DNA of 64,000 bases from an uncultured delta proteobacterium (lineage in GTDB: Bacteria; Myxococcota_A; Polyangia; Fen-1088): contig CAVWIP010000017.1 in the NCBI GenBank assembly GCA_963755125.1, positions 192,001 through 256,000 on the forward strand. The letters are read 5' to 3'. The notes beneath the pieces were generated by a model, which did no database searches, was not told the DNA's origin, and saw only the letters and a program-made list of their open reading frames with translations. The position numbers and the translations under genes were made by a program. The first letter of the stretch is position 1. Every line of letters starts with the position of its first letter. This document shows, one piece after another, positions 29,275 to 39,012 of the stretch.

Positions 29275-31419
29275 TCAGTGCGGGCTCCCCGCGCCACCGG
29301 CAGTGTTGCTGGTTGGGGACGCGGCAGACGCATGCGTGAGTGTCGCGTGGGGGCGCGCAGGCCGGTGCACGAAGAAGGGGCGCGCGGCGATCCAGAGCAC
29401 CACGGCCGTGGCCGTGACCACCGCGATGGTTTTCCACCACAGGCTGCCGTCGCGCAGGCCGGGGCCGGGGACCACGGCGGTGGAGGAGGGCACCTTCAGG
29501 CCCGCCAGGCTGCTGGAGATGGTGCGCGCTTCTTCCAGGAGAGCGAGCAGGAGTTTCTTGAGGTCGTCGGCCGAACTCGGCCGCCGGGCGGCGTCCCGGG
29601 CCAGGCACTGCATGATGAGAGCATCGAGATCGTCGGGCAGATCGGACCGATAGTTACGCAGCGGTGTGGGATCCTCGGTCAGCTTGCGCTGCCAAACGTT
29701 CTGCACGTTGCTGCCCTCGATGGGACAGTGGCCGCCGCTCAGCATGAAGTAGAGCAGCCCCCCCACCGCGTAGATGTCGGCGCGAAAGTCGACCACGCCG
29801 CCCCCGCCGATCTGTTCGGGCGCCATGAAGCGCGGCGTGCCCACCGCAGCGTCGGGCACGGTCAGGTTGGGGCCGGCTTCCTCGCGCAGGAACTTGGCGA
29901 CGCCGAAGTCCAGCACCTTGACCAGATCGCCCTGTTCGTCGGAGGGCCGCACCAGCATGACGTTGGAGGGCTTGAGATCGCGGTGGATGATGCCCGCTCG
30001 GTGCGCCGCCTCGAGCGCGCGGCACACCTGGATGGCAACCAGCAACGTCCGCTCCACGGCCATGGCCCCGTCGCGCCTCACCAGTGCCTCCAGGTCGACA
30101 CCGTCGACGAACTCCATGACGAAGAAGAAGTCGCCGTCTTCCGTGGTTCCGCAGTCGGTCACATCCACCACATTGGGGTGGCCGATCTGCGAGGGCGCCA
30201 GGGCCTCGCGCTGAAAGCGGCGGGCCAGTTCAGTCTTTCGTCGTTCGGTGCGACGAGGGATCTTGATGGCCACCCGCTTGCCGATGCCGGTGTGATGGCC
30301 TTCATACACGCGCCCCATGGCGCCTTCGCCGATGCGCCGGCGCACGTGGTAGCGGTCGCCCAGCACCTTGCCGATCAGGGGATCGTTTTCCGAGGCCGCG
30401 CTGTCGCTCACTTCCAACGGCGGAACCCGGTCGCCCAATGCGGTGGCGCGCTGGAGCAGATCGCGCTGCTCGGCCATCTCGGCCCGCATCTCGGCGTCGA
30501 AGAGCTGGGCCAGAAAGGCCGCGGCCACCAGCTTGCCGCCCCCGTCACGCGGCATCTCGGCAAACAGCGCCGCGCTCATCTCCTCGCCACTGGTAAAGCG
30601 ATCAGCGGGATTGGCGGCCAGGGCCTTGCCCAGCACTTCATCCAGCTTGGCAGAGATCGCCTCGTTCAACGTGGAGGGCGGCGGAACCTTGGTGCTGGGT
30701 TGGCGCGACTGGCTGGCCGGGAAAAGTTGTCGCCCGGTGAGCAACTCCCACAGAATTATGCCCGCGGAAAACAGATCGCTGCGGTGATCGACCGGCTTGC
30801 CCAGGTACTGCTCGGGTGACATGTAGCTGACCTTGCCCCAGTTGGTGCCGGCCGCGGTCTGCGCCACCTTGTCGTTCCACTGGGCCAAGCCGAAGTCGAT
30901 GAGCTTGACCCCGCCGGTGTAGGTCAGCATCAGGTTGGACGGCGAGATGTCGCGGTGGACGAGGTTCATGCCTTCCAGCCGGTGCGCGTAGCCGAGCGCC
31001 GCCACCAGCTCGCCGATGAGGTAGATGGCCACGCCGGTGGGGAAGCCGGTGTGCTTGATGGCACAGCGGTTCCACGCCTCGGTGAAGGTCTTGCCGTGGA
31101 CGTATTCCATGGCCAGGTAGCCCTGGCGGTCGTGTATTCCGAAGTCGAAGACGTAGACCAGGTTCTCGTGCGACAGCTTCGTCACCACCTTGGCCTCGTC
31201 GAGAAAACGCTGGGTCATCTCCTCGGCGTGGCGGCCGGCCTGGAAGGTGCGCAGGATCTTCAGGGCGCACACGCGCTCGACGCCGGCCTGGCCGGTCAAG
31301 GCCATGAACACGCGGCCCATGCCGCCGCGGCCCAGTTCTTTGAGCAGCACGTAGCGCGGGCCGAAGCGCCGGGGAAAGCGCGAGGGGTCGTGTGGCTCGG
31401 TATTGGTGGGTGGAGTCAC
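29275..31419 (-). CDS. Ser/Thr protein kinase with two tandem kinase domains and a C-terminal TM
   Basis: Domain 1 LGRGGMG/CALK/HRDISPSN/DFG/SPE; domain 2 IGEGAMG/VAIK/HRDLKPSN/DFG/APE. Confidence 0.92.
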   Translation of the reverse strand: MTPPTNTEPHDPSRFPRRFGPRYVLLKELGRGGMGRVFMALTGQAGVERVCALKILRTFQAGRHAEEMTQRFLDEAKVVTKLSHENLVYVFDFGIHDRQGYLAMEYVHGKTFTEAWNRCAIKHTGFPTGVAIYLIGELVAALGYAHRLEGMNLVHRDISPSNLMLTYTGGVKLIDFGLAQWNDKVAQTAAGTNWGKVSYMSPEQYLGKPVDHRSDLFSAGIILWELLTGRQLFPASQSRQPSTKVPPPSTLNEAISAKLDEVLGKALAANPADRFTSGEEMSAALFAEMPRDGGGKLVAAAFLAQLFDAEMRAEMAEQRDLLQRATALGDRVPPLEVSDSAASENDPLIGKVLGDRYHVRRRIGEGAMGRVYEGHHTGIGKRVAIKIPRRTERRKTELARRFQREALAPSQIGHPNVVDVTDCGTTEDGDFFFVMEFVDGVDLEALVRRDGAMAVERTLLVAIQVCRALEAAHRAGIIHRDLKPSNVMLVRPSDEQGDLVKVLDFGVAKFLREEAGPNLTVPDAAVGTPRFMAPEQIGGGGVVDFRADIYAVGGLLYFMLSGGHCPIEGSNVQNVWQRKLTEDPTPLRNYRSDLPDDLDALIMQCLARDAARRPSSADDLKKLLLALLEEARTISSSLAGLKVPSSTAVVPGPGLRDGSLWWKTIAVVTATAVVLWIAARPFFVHRPARPHATLTHASAASPTSNTAGGAGSPH

Positions 31420-31490
31420 GGGATCAAGGTCAGAATCTACCCGTTCTGCGCCACTGGGGAAAATCCTTCGCGGGCCGCAACCCTAGAGTT

Positions 31491-33860
31491 CTACTCCCGT
31501 AGCCGTTCGGGTGGCACCAGCGGACTGGGCGCGCCGGTGACCAGCAACCACAGCTGATGCGCGGCCCGGGTCACGCCGATGTGGAACAGATGGCGGGATT
31601 CGTCGTCGATGCCGTAGCTGCTGGCGTTGGTGTCCAGCATCACCACATAGTCGAATTCCAGGCCCTTGACCTGGCGCACGTCGGTGACGTCGATGCCCGG
31701 CCGGAAGCTGAACTCCTGCGCACGCACGCGGCGCAGGCCAGGCACCTCGGCGCGGCGCAGGCCATCGAAACATCGATCCGCCTGCTCGGGGTAGCGGGCC
31801 AGCAGGGCCACGGTGGCGCGTGGCTCGCGGGCCACAAGGTCGCGCAAGGCCTCGGCAAGAAAAGCCACGGCCGCGCCGACCGCGGAAAAGCGAAAGGCCT
31901 CGACCGGGGCGCCGTGCCTCTTGGCCTCGGCCGGCACGTCGATAGGCAATGGCCCCATGGCGAAGCGGGCCAGTTCCAGGATCTCGCTGGTCAACCGGTA
32001 GGCGATGCGCAGGGGCTCGATGGCGACGTGATCGAGACCCAGGTGCGACAGGACCGCGCGCCAGTCGCCGAATCCGTTGTCCAGAAACAGCTTCTGCGCG
32101 GTGTCGCCCGCCAGCGTCAGCGAGGGCAGTCGCCGGGTCGCGCCGGATCGGGTTTGTCCGATCAGCGCCGCCAGCTTCATGGGTGAGAGATCCTGTGCCT
32201 CGTCGACAAACAGGTGGGCCAGCGGAGATTCTACCGGCCGCACCAGTTGGTTGGCTCGCACGAGCATGGCCAGGTCGTCGGCGTCGAGCAAAGGCTGATC
32301 GTCTTCGGTGCGCTGTCCGTCGATGCCTATCTCGCCGCGCACGTTCTCGTCGTCGTCCACCTCGTCCCGCTCGCTCTCGAAACGCCGCACGCCCTCGGGC
32401 AGATCCGAATCCACGCTCTTGCCGCGAGGATTCTCGGAAAGTTCCATGGTCGTCCAGGCACCAGCCGCCGCGAGATCTTCTCCGTCGTCCCTGCCCCGTC
32501 GCCGCCGGGGCACCGGTTTTTTCTCGGAAGGCCGATCGCGCGGATCCAGGCTGACGATGGCCTGCACGCGCGTGACCATGATCCGGTGCGCCTCCAGGAT
32601 GTCGGCCTCGGCCACCGGCATCTCGGGATCGTTGCGCAGCAGCGACAGCAGCAGGTTGCGGTCAGTGAGTAGTTCGGCCCACAACTCGACCGCCGCGCGG
32701 GAGCCGCGCTTGCCCACGCGGGCCGCAGCCTTGCGCTCCAGTTCGTGCAGCAGGGCCGGATGGCTCTTCACACGCGTGACCGCGGGCACCACGTCGTCGG
32801 TGAGGGTGGCATGGATCCAAGGGATCGCCTTGCGCAACTCGCGCTCGGCCCATTCGTCGAAGGTCACCACGCGCACGCCCGGCAGGCCCAGAGCCGGCAA
32901 CACCTGGCCGATGTACGCGGCCAGCCCCGCGCCTTGCGTGACCACCACCATGCGCCTGGCTGGGAAACGATCGGGAAAAGCGAAACCCAGATAGGCCATG
33001 CGGTGCAGTCCAATGGTGGTCTTGCCGCTGCCCGCGCCGCCCTGGATGACCACCACACCCGAGTGCGGGGCCGTCATGATCTCGAACTGGCGCGGATCGA
33101 TGAGCGCCGCGATTTCGGGCAGGTGCCGGTCGAGCCGCTGTTCGTCCTCGCGCGCAGATCCCAGCATCCCGCGGCGGGGAATGGGTCGGGTGGCGGTTCG
33201 TTCGCCGCCGGCCAGCTCGCGCAGGGGCGCGTCCGCACGCTGCCAGATCGCGACGCCATGGTTGTGGCCCGCCGGCCAGCGCTTGACCCAGATCCCCTGC
33301 GGGCAAGCAATGCGTAGTAGCGTTCCATCCTGGATGGTCACTGTCCGTCGGACCAGGATGTCGCCCTCTACTTCGCGCTCGCCAAAGGTTTCTTCGTAGT
33401 CGCTGCCTTCTGAGTAGCGATAGTAGATCTGGCTGACCGGGGCGTTGCGCCAGTCCACGATGGCGATGCGCGTGCAGGGATCGGTGAAGGTGGCGCGGCC
33501 GATGAACACGTCGCGCTCCACCTCGCCCCGGCCGGCCACGCGCTCGCGCAAGCGCAGGTGGGCGAAGTACGGCGAGCGCGGATCCACCAGAACGTGTTGC
33601 AAGCCGGCGCGGGTGAGCGAGACTTCCTGCAAACGCTCCATCTGGGCGATTAAAGCAGGGACGTCTTCCAGGCGGGCCTCGCCGATCTCGTCGCGCAAGG
33701 CCATCAACTCGGCATCGTAGCCGCGCGAACGCCCCGCCGCCTTGCCCCTGCTGGCCGGCTTTTGAGCAGCCGCCGCGGCTAGGCTCTCCGCAACCCGAGC
33801 AAACAGCCGCTCTTCCTCGGCAGGAATGTCGTCGAGCGGGCTGTGCAAATCCTCGTCCAT
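31491..33860 (-). CDS. HelD-like / UvrD SF1 helicase-family ATPase
   Basis: SPYFAHL, IVDWRNAPVSQIYY, IQGGAGSGKTTIGLHRMAYL, VDEAQD, AGDTAQ, VKGLEFD, VTRA. Confidence 0.82.
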   Translation of the reverse strand: MDEDLHSPLDDIPAEEERLFARVAESLAAAAAQKPASRGKAAGRSRGYDAELMALRDEIGEARLEDVPALIAQMERLQEVSLTRAGLQHVLVDPRSPYFAHLRLRERVAGRGEVERDVFIGRATFTDPCTRIAIVDWRNAPVSQIYYRYSEGSDYEETFGEREVEGDILVRRTVTIQDGTLLRIACPQGIWVKRWPAGHNHGVAIWQRADAPLRELAGGERTATRPIPRRGMLGSAREDEQRLDRHLPEIAALIDPRQFEIMTAPHSGVVVIQGGAGSGKTTIGLHRMAYLGFAFPDRFPARRMVVVTQGAGLAAYIGQVLPALGLPGVRVVTFDEWAERELRKAIPWIHATLTDDVVPAVTRVKSHPALLHELERKAAARVGKRGSRAAVELWAELLTDRNLLLSLLRNDPEMPVAEADILEAHRIMVTRVQAIVSLDPRDRPSEKKPVPRRRRGRDDGEDLAAAGAWTTMELSENPRGKSVDSDLPEGVRRFESERDEVDDDENVRGEIGIDGQRTEDDQPLLDADDLAMLVRANQLVRPVESPLAHLFVDEAQDLSPMKLAALIGQTRSGATRRLPSLTLAGDTAQKLFLDNGFGDWRAVLSHLGLDHVAIEPLRIAYRLTSEILELARFAMGPLPIDVPAEAKRHGAPVEAFRFSAVGAAVAFLAEALRDLVAREPRATVALLARYPEQADRCFDGLRRAEVPGLRRVRAQEFSFRPGIDVTDVRQVKGLEFDYVVMLDTNASSYGIDDESRHLFHIGVTRAAHQLWLLVTGAPSPLVPPERLRE

Positions 33861-33940
33861 GTACAACATCAACTATACCGGACAGAGCCGAGGATGCCGG
33901 TGCGGCGGGCCGCAATCAGGCGTGTGCCAGCACGGGGCGA

Positions 33941-34141
33941 GATCCTACGCAATCACGGAGGGCCACGACCCTCATCGAACGCGAGTGTAGCGAGTCCGAT
34001 CCCGGATTCGTTGCTCTGGTGGTGCTGGCCGAGTTGGTGTGGGTGGCCGAGACCTGCTATTCCGCCTCGCGCGAGGAGCAGCGCCGGATCGTCCGCCGCA
34101 TCCTGGAAATGCGCCAACTGATGGTGCAAGAGGCGGAAACA
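33941..34141 (+). pseudogene. vapC: Internal fragment of a PIN-domain (VapC) toxin gene
   Basis: Frame missing from the ORF track: DPTQSRRATTLIERECSESDPGFVALVVLAELVWVAETCYSASREEQRRIVRRILEMRQLMVQEAET; lacks the N-terminal DTN motif and the C-terminus. Confidence 0.65.
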
Positions 34142-34167
34142 CGGCGGTGGCGACCTCGCCGCAAGCA

Positions 34168-34299
34168 GGCTTCACCGGGACGGGCAGCATGACCGTGGCA
34201 GGGCTCGACCACACGGCGACGTTGTTGGGCAATGGGATGGTGCTCGTCGCTGGTGGGTTCAGTGGCGCACCTCTTTCGAGCGCGGAACTGTACCAATAG
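34168..34299 (+). pseudogene. Single C-terminal Kelch-repeat fragment
   Basis: [43 protein letters not shown] is one canonical Kelch blade with no upstream gene body. Confidence 0.65.
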
Positions 34300-35311
34300 C
34301 ACCCTCATCGATCGCCAGCACGCCCGCGCCACGAATGGCGTCGTGTTTGAGCGCGATAAGCGCCTGGTTCGCCTCGGCCAGAGAGAAGGTCTGCACGTGA
34401 GGGCGCAGACCAAGGCGCGCGGCCTCGGCCAGGAACTCGCGGCCGTCAGACCGGGTGTTGTTGGCCACCGAGCGAACCGCACGCTCGCGGTAGATGAGCT
34501 GGTAGGGAAAGCTCGGGATGGGCGACATGTGTATGCCACCCAGAACGAGGGTGCCGCCCGCATCCAGCGCGGCCAGGGCTGGCGGTACGATTTCGCCCGC
34601 GGGCGCGAAGATGATGGCTGCGTCCAGTTGGACCGGCGGCGTATCCACCGTGCCGCCCACCCAGGTCGCGCCCAGCTCGGACGCCAGCGCCTGGTGCCGC
34701 TCGCGGTCGCGCGTGCACACGTACACCTCGGCGCCGCGGCCGCGCGCCACCTGGATGGCGATGTGGCCGGCGGCGCCGAACCCGTACAGGCCGAGGCGCG
34801 CACCAGCCCACGCGTCGATGCCGGTGAGCTTGAGCGCGCGATAGCCGATGATCCCGGCGCACAGAAGCGGCGCCGCGGCCAGATCGGAAAGGTCGTCGGG
34901 CAGGGGATAGGTGAACGCGGCCGGCGCCTTGATCTCGGTCGCGAAGCCACCGTCGACTGTCCAGCCGGTGAAATCGGCCGACTCGCACAGGTTCTCGCGC
35001 CCCGCGCGGCAGAAGCGGCAGGTGCCGCACGTCCGGTGCAACCAAGCCACGCCCACCCGTTGCCCGAGGGAAAGCCCGGCGACGTCCGCACCTAACTCGG
35101 TCACCCGGCCCACCACCTGGTGCCCTGGAATCATCGGCGAACGCCGCGTTGGCAACTCACCCTCGACCACGTGCAAGTCGGTCCGGCAGATGGCGCAGGC
35201 CGCGACGGCAATGCGCACTTCACCCGCCGCAAGTCCAGGTGATGGCAGATCGCGTAACTTCAAGGGTTGCGTGGCAACCTGGGCCGGGGCCGACAAGACA
35301 CAGGCTTTCAT
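34259..35311 (-). CDS. Zinc-binding alcohol dehydrogenase family protein
   Basis: [49 protein letters not shown]. Confidence 0.93.
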   Translation of the reverse strand: MKACVLSAPAQVATQPLKLRDLPSPGLAAGEVRIAVAACAICRTDLHVVEGELPTRRSPMIPGHQVVGRVTELGADVAGLSLGQRVGVAWLHRTCGTCRFCRAGRENLCESADFTGWTVDGGFATEIKAPAAFTYPLPDDLSDLAAAPLLCAGIIGYRALKLTGIDAWAGARLGLYGFGAAGHIAIQVARGRGAEVYVCTRDRERHQALASELGATWVGGTVDTPPVQLDAAIIFAPAGEIVPPALAALDAGGTLVLGGIHMSPIPSFPYQLIYRERAVRSVANNTRSDGREFLAEAARLGLRPHVQTFSLAEANQALIALKHDAIRGAGVLAIDEGAIGTVPRSKEVRH

Positions 35312-35379
35312 GGCGGAAAATCGACGAAATTGTACCACCGCGTGGCCGAACCGTTTCCCATGTTAAAGTCGCAAGACCA

Positions 35380-36390
35380 GTGAGCGAACAAGAAAAGAGC
35401 AAAGGGCTGGTAGCTGTCACAGGCGCTGCGGGCCATATCGGCGGCAATCTGGTGCGCGGCCTGCTGGCGCAGGGGCGGCGGGTACGGGCGCTGGTGCGCG
35501 AGCACACGGCTGGCATCGACGGCCTGGCGGTGGAGGTGGTTCGCTGCGACGTCACCGACGCCCCGGCCTGCCGCCGCGCTTTGGCCGGCGCTTCGATCGT
35601 TTACCATTTGGCGGCGCGCATCTCGGTGGGCTGGGATCCGCCCGGGCCGGTCGAGGCGGTGAACCTGGGCGGCACGCGCAACGTGGTCGAGGCGTGCCTG
35701 GCCTGCGGCGTGGAGCGTCTGGTGCATTTCAGTTCGATCCACGCCTTCTCCGCCGACCCGACCGACGGTGTGATCGATGAATCGCGCCCGCTGGTCGCCA
35801 AAGATTCGCAGGCGTTGGTCTACGACCGGACCAAGGCCGAAGGCGAACGCGAGGTGATGGCCGCGGTGGCCCGCGGACTGGACGCGGTCGTCGTGAATCC
35901 TTCGTCGGTGATTGGCCCCTACGATTTTGCGCCATCGGCTGTGGGCGAGGTCTTGCTCGACCTCTATCACGGTCGCTTCCCAGCGCTGGTGGGTGGGGCT
36001 GGCTTCAACTGGGTCGACGTGCGCGATGTGGTCGCCTCGGCCTTGCTGGCCGAGTGTCGTGGCCGCAAGGGCGAGCACTACCTGCTCACCGGTCATTGGC
36101 TCGCTGTCGTCGAACTCGCCCGGCTCTGGGGCCGGGTCTCGGGCGCCAAGATCCCGCGTCTGGTCGTGCCCATGAGACTGGCGCGCGCGGCAGCGCCCTT
36201 CGCCGCGGCTTGGGCCAGGCTGTGGGGGCGGCGGCCCCTGTTCACTTCGGACTCGCTGCGCGTGCTGCGCAATCATCGCCACATCAGTCATGCCTGCGCC
36301 AACGCCGAGCTGGCGCACAACCCGCGGCCGTTGGAGGAAACCCTGCGCGACACCTGCCAATGGTTCAGGCAGGCCGGCAAGCTGGCATGA
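35380..36390 (+). CDS. Extended SDR (dihydroflavonol reductase / 3-beta-HSD / HpnA-like)
   Basis: VTGAAGHIG, YHLAA, HFSSIHA, YDRTK catalytic motif, VVVNPSSVIGPYD. Confidence 0.88.
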   Translation: MSEQEKSKGLVAVTGAAGHIGGNLVRGLLAQGRRVRALVREHTAGIDGLAVEVVRCDVTDAPACRRALAGASIVYHLAARISVGWDPPGPVEAVNLGGTRNVVEACLACGVERLVHFSSIHAFSADPTDGVIDESRPLVAKDSQALVYDRTKAEGEREVMAAVARGLDAVVVNPSSVIGPYDFAPSAVGEVLLDLYHGRFPALVGGAGFNWVDVRDVVASALLAECRGRKGEHYLLTGHWLAVVELARLWGRVSGAKIPRLVVPMRLARAAAPFAAAWARLWGRRPLFTSDSLRVLRNHRHISHACANAELAHNPRPLEETLRDTCQWFRQAGKLA

Positions 36391-37148
36391 GCGAGCCGAG
36401 GCTGTACATTTGGCTGCTGGGGGCCTGGGTCGTCGTTGCGCTCGCGGTGGTGCCCTATCTGCTGCTGCGGCCAGCGCCCTACGGCCGCCACGGACGGGCG
36501 GGGTGGGGACCGGTGGTCAAGGCGCGCCTGGCCTGGGTTCTCATGGAGCTGCCGTCGCCGCTGCTCATGACTGTCATGTTCTGCCTCGGCGATCGCCGTA
36601 CCAACTTGCCCGCACTGGCGGCTCTGGCGCTGTGGCTCGGGCACTACGTCTACCGCACCTTTGTCTTTGCCTTCCTGCTCCCGTCCGCCAGCAAACCCAT
36701 GCCTCTGGTAGTGCTCGCCTCGGGGGCGTTTTTCAACGCGGTCAACGCCTATCTGAATGGTCGCTGGCTCTTTGCCCTTTCGCCGGCGCGGCCCGCGGCT
36801 TGGTTGTGGAGCGTTCCTTTTCTCGTCGGCGTGATTCTGTTCGCTGCAGGGTTTTTGACCCACGTCTTGGCGGATCGCGAGTTGCGACACCTGCGCTGGC
36901 AGTCGGGCGGCGCGTACGTGGTTCCGCACGGCCCGCTCTTTCGCCGGGTGTCCTGCCCCAACTATTTTGGCGAAATGATCGAATGGGCAGGCTGGGCCAT
37001 AGCCACGTTCTCGTTGCCGGGACTGGTTTTCGCTTTGTGGACCGCGGCCAACCTGGTGCCCCGCGCGCTCAAACACCACGCCTGGTATCGCGCCAGCTTT
37101 GCCGATTACCCACCGGCGCGGAAAGCGATCATTCCGTTCGTGCTGTGA
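36387..37148 (+). CDS. 3-oxo-5-alpha-steroid 4-dehydrogenase (steroid 5-alpha-reductase) family
   Basis: APYGRH, AWVLMELPS, HYVYR, VSCPNYFGEMIEWAGWA, NLVPRALKHHAWY, YP.RKAIIPF; ATGA overlap with the SDR gene. Confidence 0.9.
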   Translation: MSEPRLYIWLLGAWVVVALAVVPYLLLRPAPYGRHGRAGWGPVVKARLAWVLMELPSPLLMTVMFCLGDRRTNLPALAALALWLGHYVYRTFVFAFLLPSASKPMPLVVLASGAFFNAVNAYLNGRWLFALSPARPAAWLWSVPFLVGVILFAAGFLTHVLADRELRHLRWQSGGAYVVPHGPLFRRVSCPNYFGEMIEWAGWAIATFSLPGLVFALWTAANLVPRALKHHAWYRASFADYPPARKAIIPFVL

Positions 37149-37157
37149 AATTGTTTG

Positions 37158-38333
37158 CTAGTGAGACGAGGTGCACGGCAGCCGTGGCTGGCACCCACCG
37201 GTGGGGCCGCAGTATCCGCTGTAGCACATGGCGTCCCCGGTGCAGCTCACGCCGTTGGCGGCGTAATTTTGACAGAGACTTGCCACGCAGACAGCGCCGG
37301 GCTGGCACTGGGCACCGACCCCGGTGCCACAAGGCTGCTTGGCGGCGGGAATTGCGGTGCAGGTTCCGCTGAGCGCCGCGATCCCGGTGCCTGTCAGACA
37401 GTAGGTTCCGGTCGCGCAAGCTTCAGGGAAGCCGGGTTTGCAAGCTCCCCCTGCCGGGTATGTGCCGGTCGTGACGCATGTCCAAACCAGTTTCTGGCTG
37501 ATGAGATCGACATGGTCCGCGACGCACGAAACCCCTGGGGCACAGAGAGTTCCCGCAACCGGATCGCAAGTGGCGCCCGCGGCAGCGCTCAAGGCGTCGA
37601 CGGCGTTGCGACAGGTGCCGGAGATCTTGTTGGTATCGTCCTCACCCAGGCAAAGCAGGCCGGGACCGCAGGGCGGCGAGCCGTAGTCGCAACTATCGCC
37701 GGCCGTGGCCGGCTTCACGCAGAGACTGGTTTCGCTGGAGCATTGCAGTCCGTCGGCGCAATCGCCGTCGGCCGAACAGGCTTGGCCCGCACTCAACAGG
37801 GGAACGCAGGTACCGGGACAGGTGCCGCTGCTCGATTGGCAGAGGGCGCTGCCCGCACACTCCTCGTTGAGATCGCAGTTGCCACCCAGAGGCACCAAGC
37901 CATCCAGTGCGGCCAGGCAGGCCGGCTGGTCGCGCGTGAGCAGCCCATCGCAAGTGAGGCTGCTGATGGCGTCGAGGCAGGCCTGGGCCTTGGTGCCATC
38001 GTATCTGATGGTGCCTGCGGTGATCTCCTGGGGCATTAGCGCGAAGGTTCCGTTCTCGAGTCGCTGGGTGGTCAAATCCACACAGTCCGTGCCGCCGAAA
38101 AAGAGGGAGAAGAGCGGTCCCAGGCAGTTCTGATACGCCGTGCAGATAGCTGCGGCATACTTGGCGGGCAGCGCATCGAAGGCGATGCCTCCTCCGGTGG
38201 AGCCGCTGTCATTGCTGGCGGGCAGCGCGTCGGTGGCGGGAGGCCCACTATTGCCCGTGCAGCTACTGCCGCTACAGGCAAGAAAGAGTCCGGTCACAAG
38301 CAAAGACGTGGTGGACAGACGCAGCTTTGACAT
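37158..38333 (-). CDS. Cysteine-rich repeat lipoprotein (Dickkopf-like repeats)
   Basis: Lipobox FLAC; repeated G..C....C..GL.C motifs; RBS GGAGG. Confidence 0.8.
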   Translation of the reverse strand: MSKLRLSTTSLLVTGLFLACSGSSCTGNSGPPATDALPASNDSGSTGGGIAFDALPAKYAAAICTAYQNCLGPLFSLFFGGTDCVDLTTQRLENGTFALMPQEITAGTIRYDGTKAQACLDAISSLTCDGLLTRDQPACLAALDGLVPLGGNCDLNEECAGSALCQSSSGTCPGTCVPLLSAGQACSADGDCADGLQCSSETSLCVKPATAGDSCDYGSPPCGPGLLCLGEDDTNKISGTCRNAVDALSAAAGATCDPVAGTLCAPGVSCVADHVDLISQKLVWTCVTTGTYPAGGACKPGFPEACATGTYCLTGTGIAALSGTCTAIPAAKQPCGTGVGAQCQPGAVCVASLCQNYAANGVSCTGDAMCYSGYCGPTGGCQPRLPCTSSH

Positions 38334-38429
38334 TGGGCCTCCAAGTTAGCCCTATCAGGGTAACACGGATGGCGGCACACCTCTGAATGTTCTCCTGCGG
38401 CCAAGGGGGTGGTAGGCTCGCTACCTACA

Positions 38430-38996
38430 ATGAAAGATCCGTTGCTTCGGTTTGGTGTTGCGCTCGAGAGCTCGTTGCTACGGGAGGTCGATGCTTTGGT
38501 ACGTCAGCGCGGGGGCACTCGCTCCGAGCTGTTCCGGGACTTGTCTCGAGCCGAGGTTGGGCGGGCCAAGGTGCGCGAGGCCGTAGAGGCGGTCGGGACG
38601 CTCACGTTGGTTTACAACCATCACGTGCGCGACCTCAGCGAAAGATTGACCGAGCTCCAACATCAACTGGGCGAACAGGTGCGCGCCACGCTGCACGTTC
38701 ACATCAACCACGATTTGTGTCTTGAGGTTCTCGTCATGCGCGGCCGATCCGACCGCCTGCAATACATCGCCGACCGCCTTTTGGCTCTTCGGGGTGTAAA
38801 ACAGGGTGGCATCGAAATCATCACCGGCATCGGCGAGCCCGGCCACTCGCACGCGTACCCCGGCGCAGGTGAAGTTGCCCCGTCCGCCTCATCGGCGCGG
38901 GCACGGGGCGGGCGGCGTGCAAAACCGAGAACGCTCGATCCGCAGGAACCGCCCGCACACCCGCATCATCATCGAGGCCACGCGGGTAGCGGGTAG
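38430..38996 (+). CDS. nikR: Nickel-responsive regulator NikR with His-rich C-terminal tail
   Basis: RFGVAL RHH strand, RSELFRD, Ni ligands YNHH, HVH and LCLEV. Confidence 0.92.
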   Translation: MKDPLLRFGVALESSLLREVDALVRQRGGTRSELFRDLSRAEVGRAKVREAVEAVGTLTLVYNHHVRDLSERLTELQHQLGEQVRATLHVHINHDLCLEVLVMRGRSDRLQYIADRLLALRGVKQGGIEIITGIGEPGHSHAYPGAGEVAPSASSARARGGRRAKPRTLDPQEPPAHPHHHRGHAGSG

Positions 38997-39012
38997 GAAC
39001 GGGTATGCCTGT

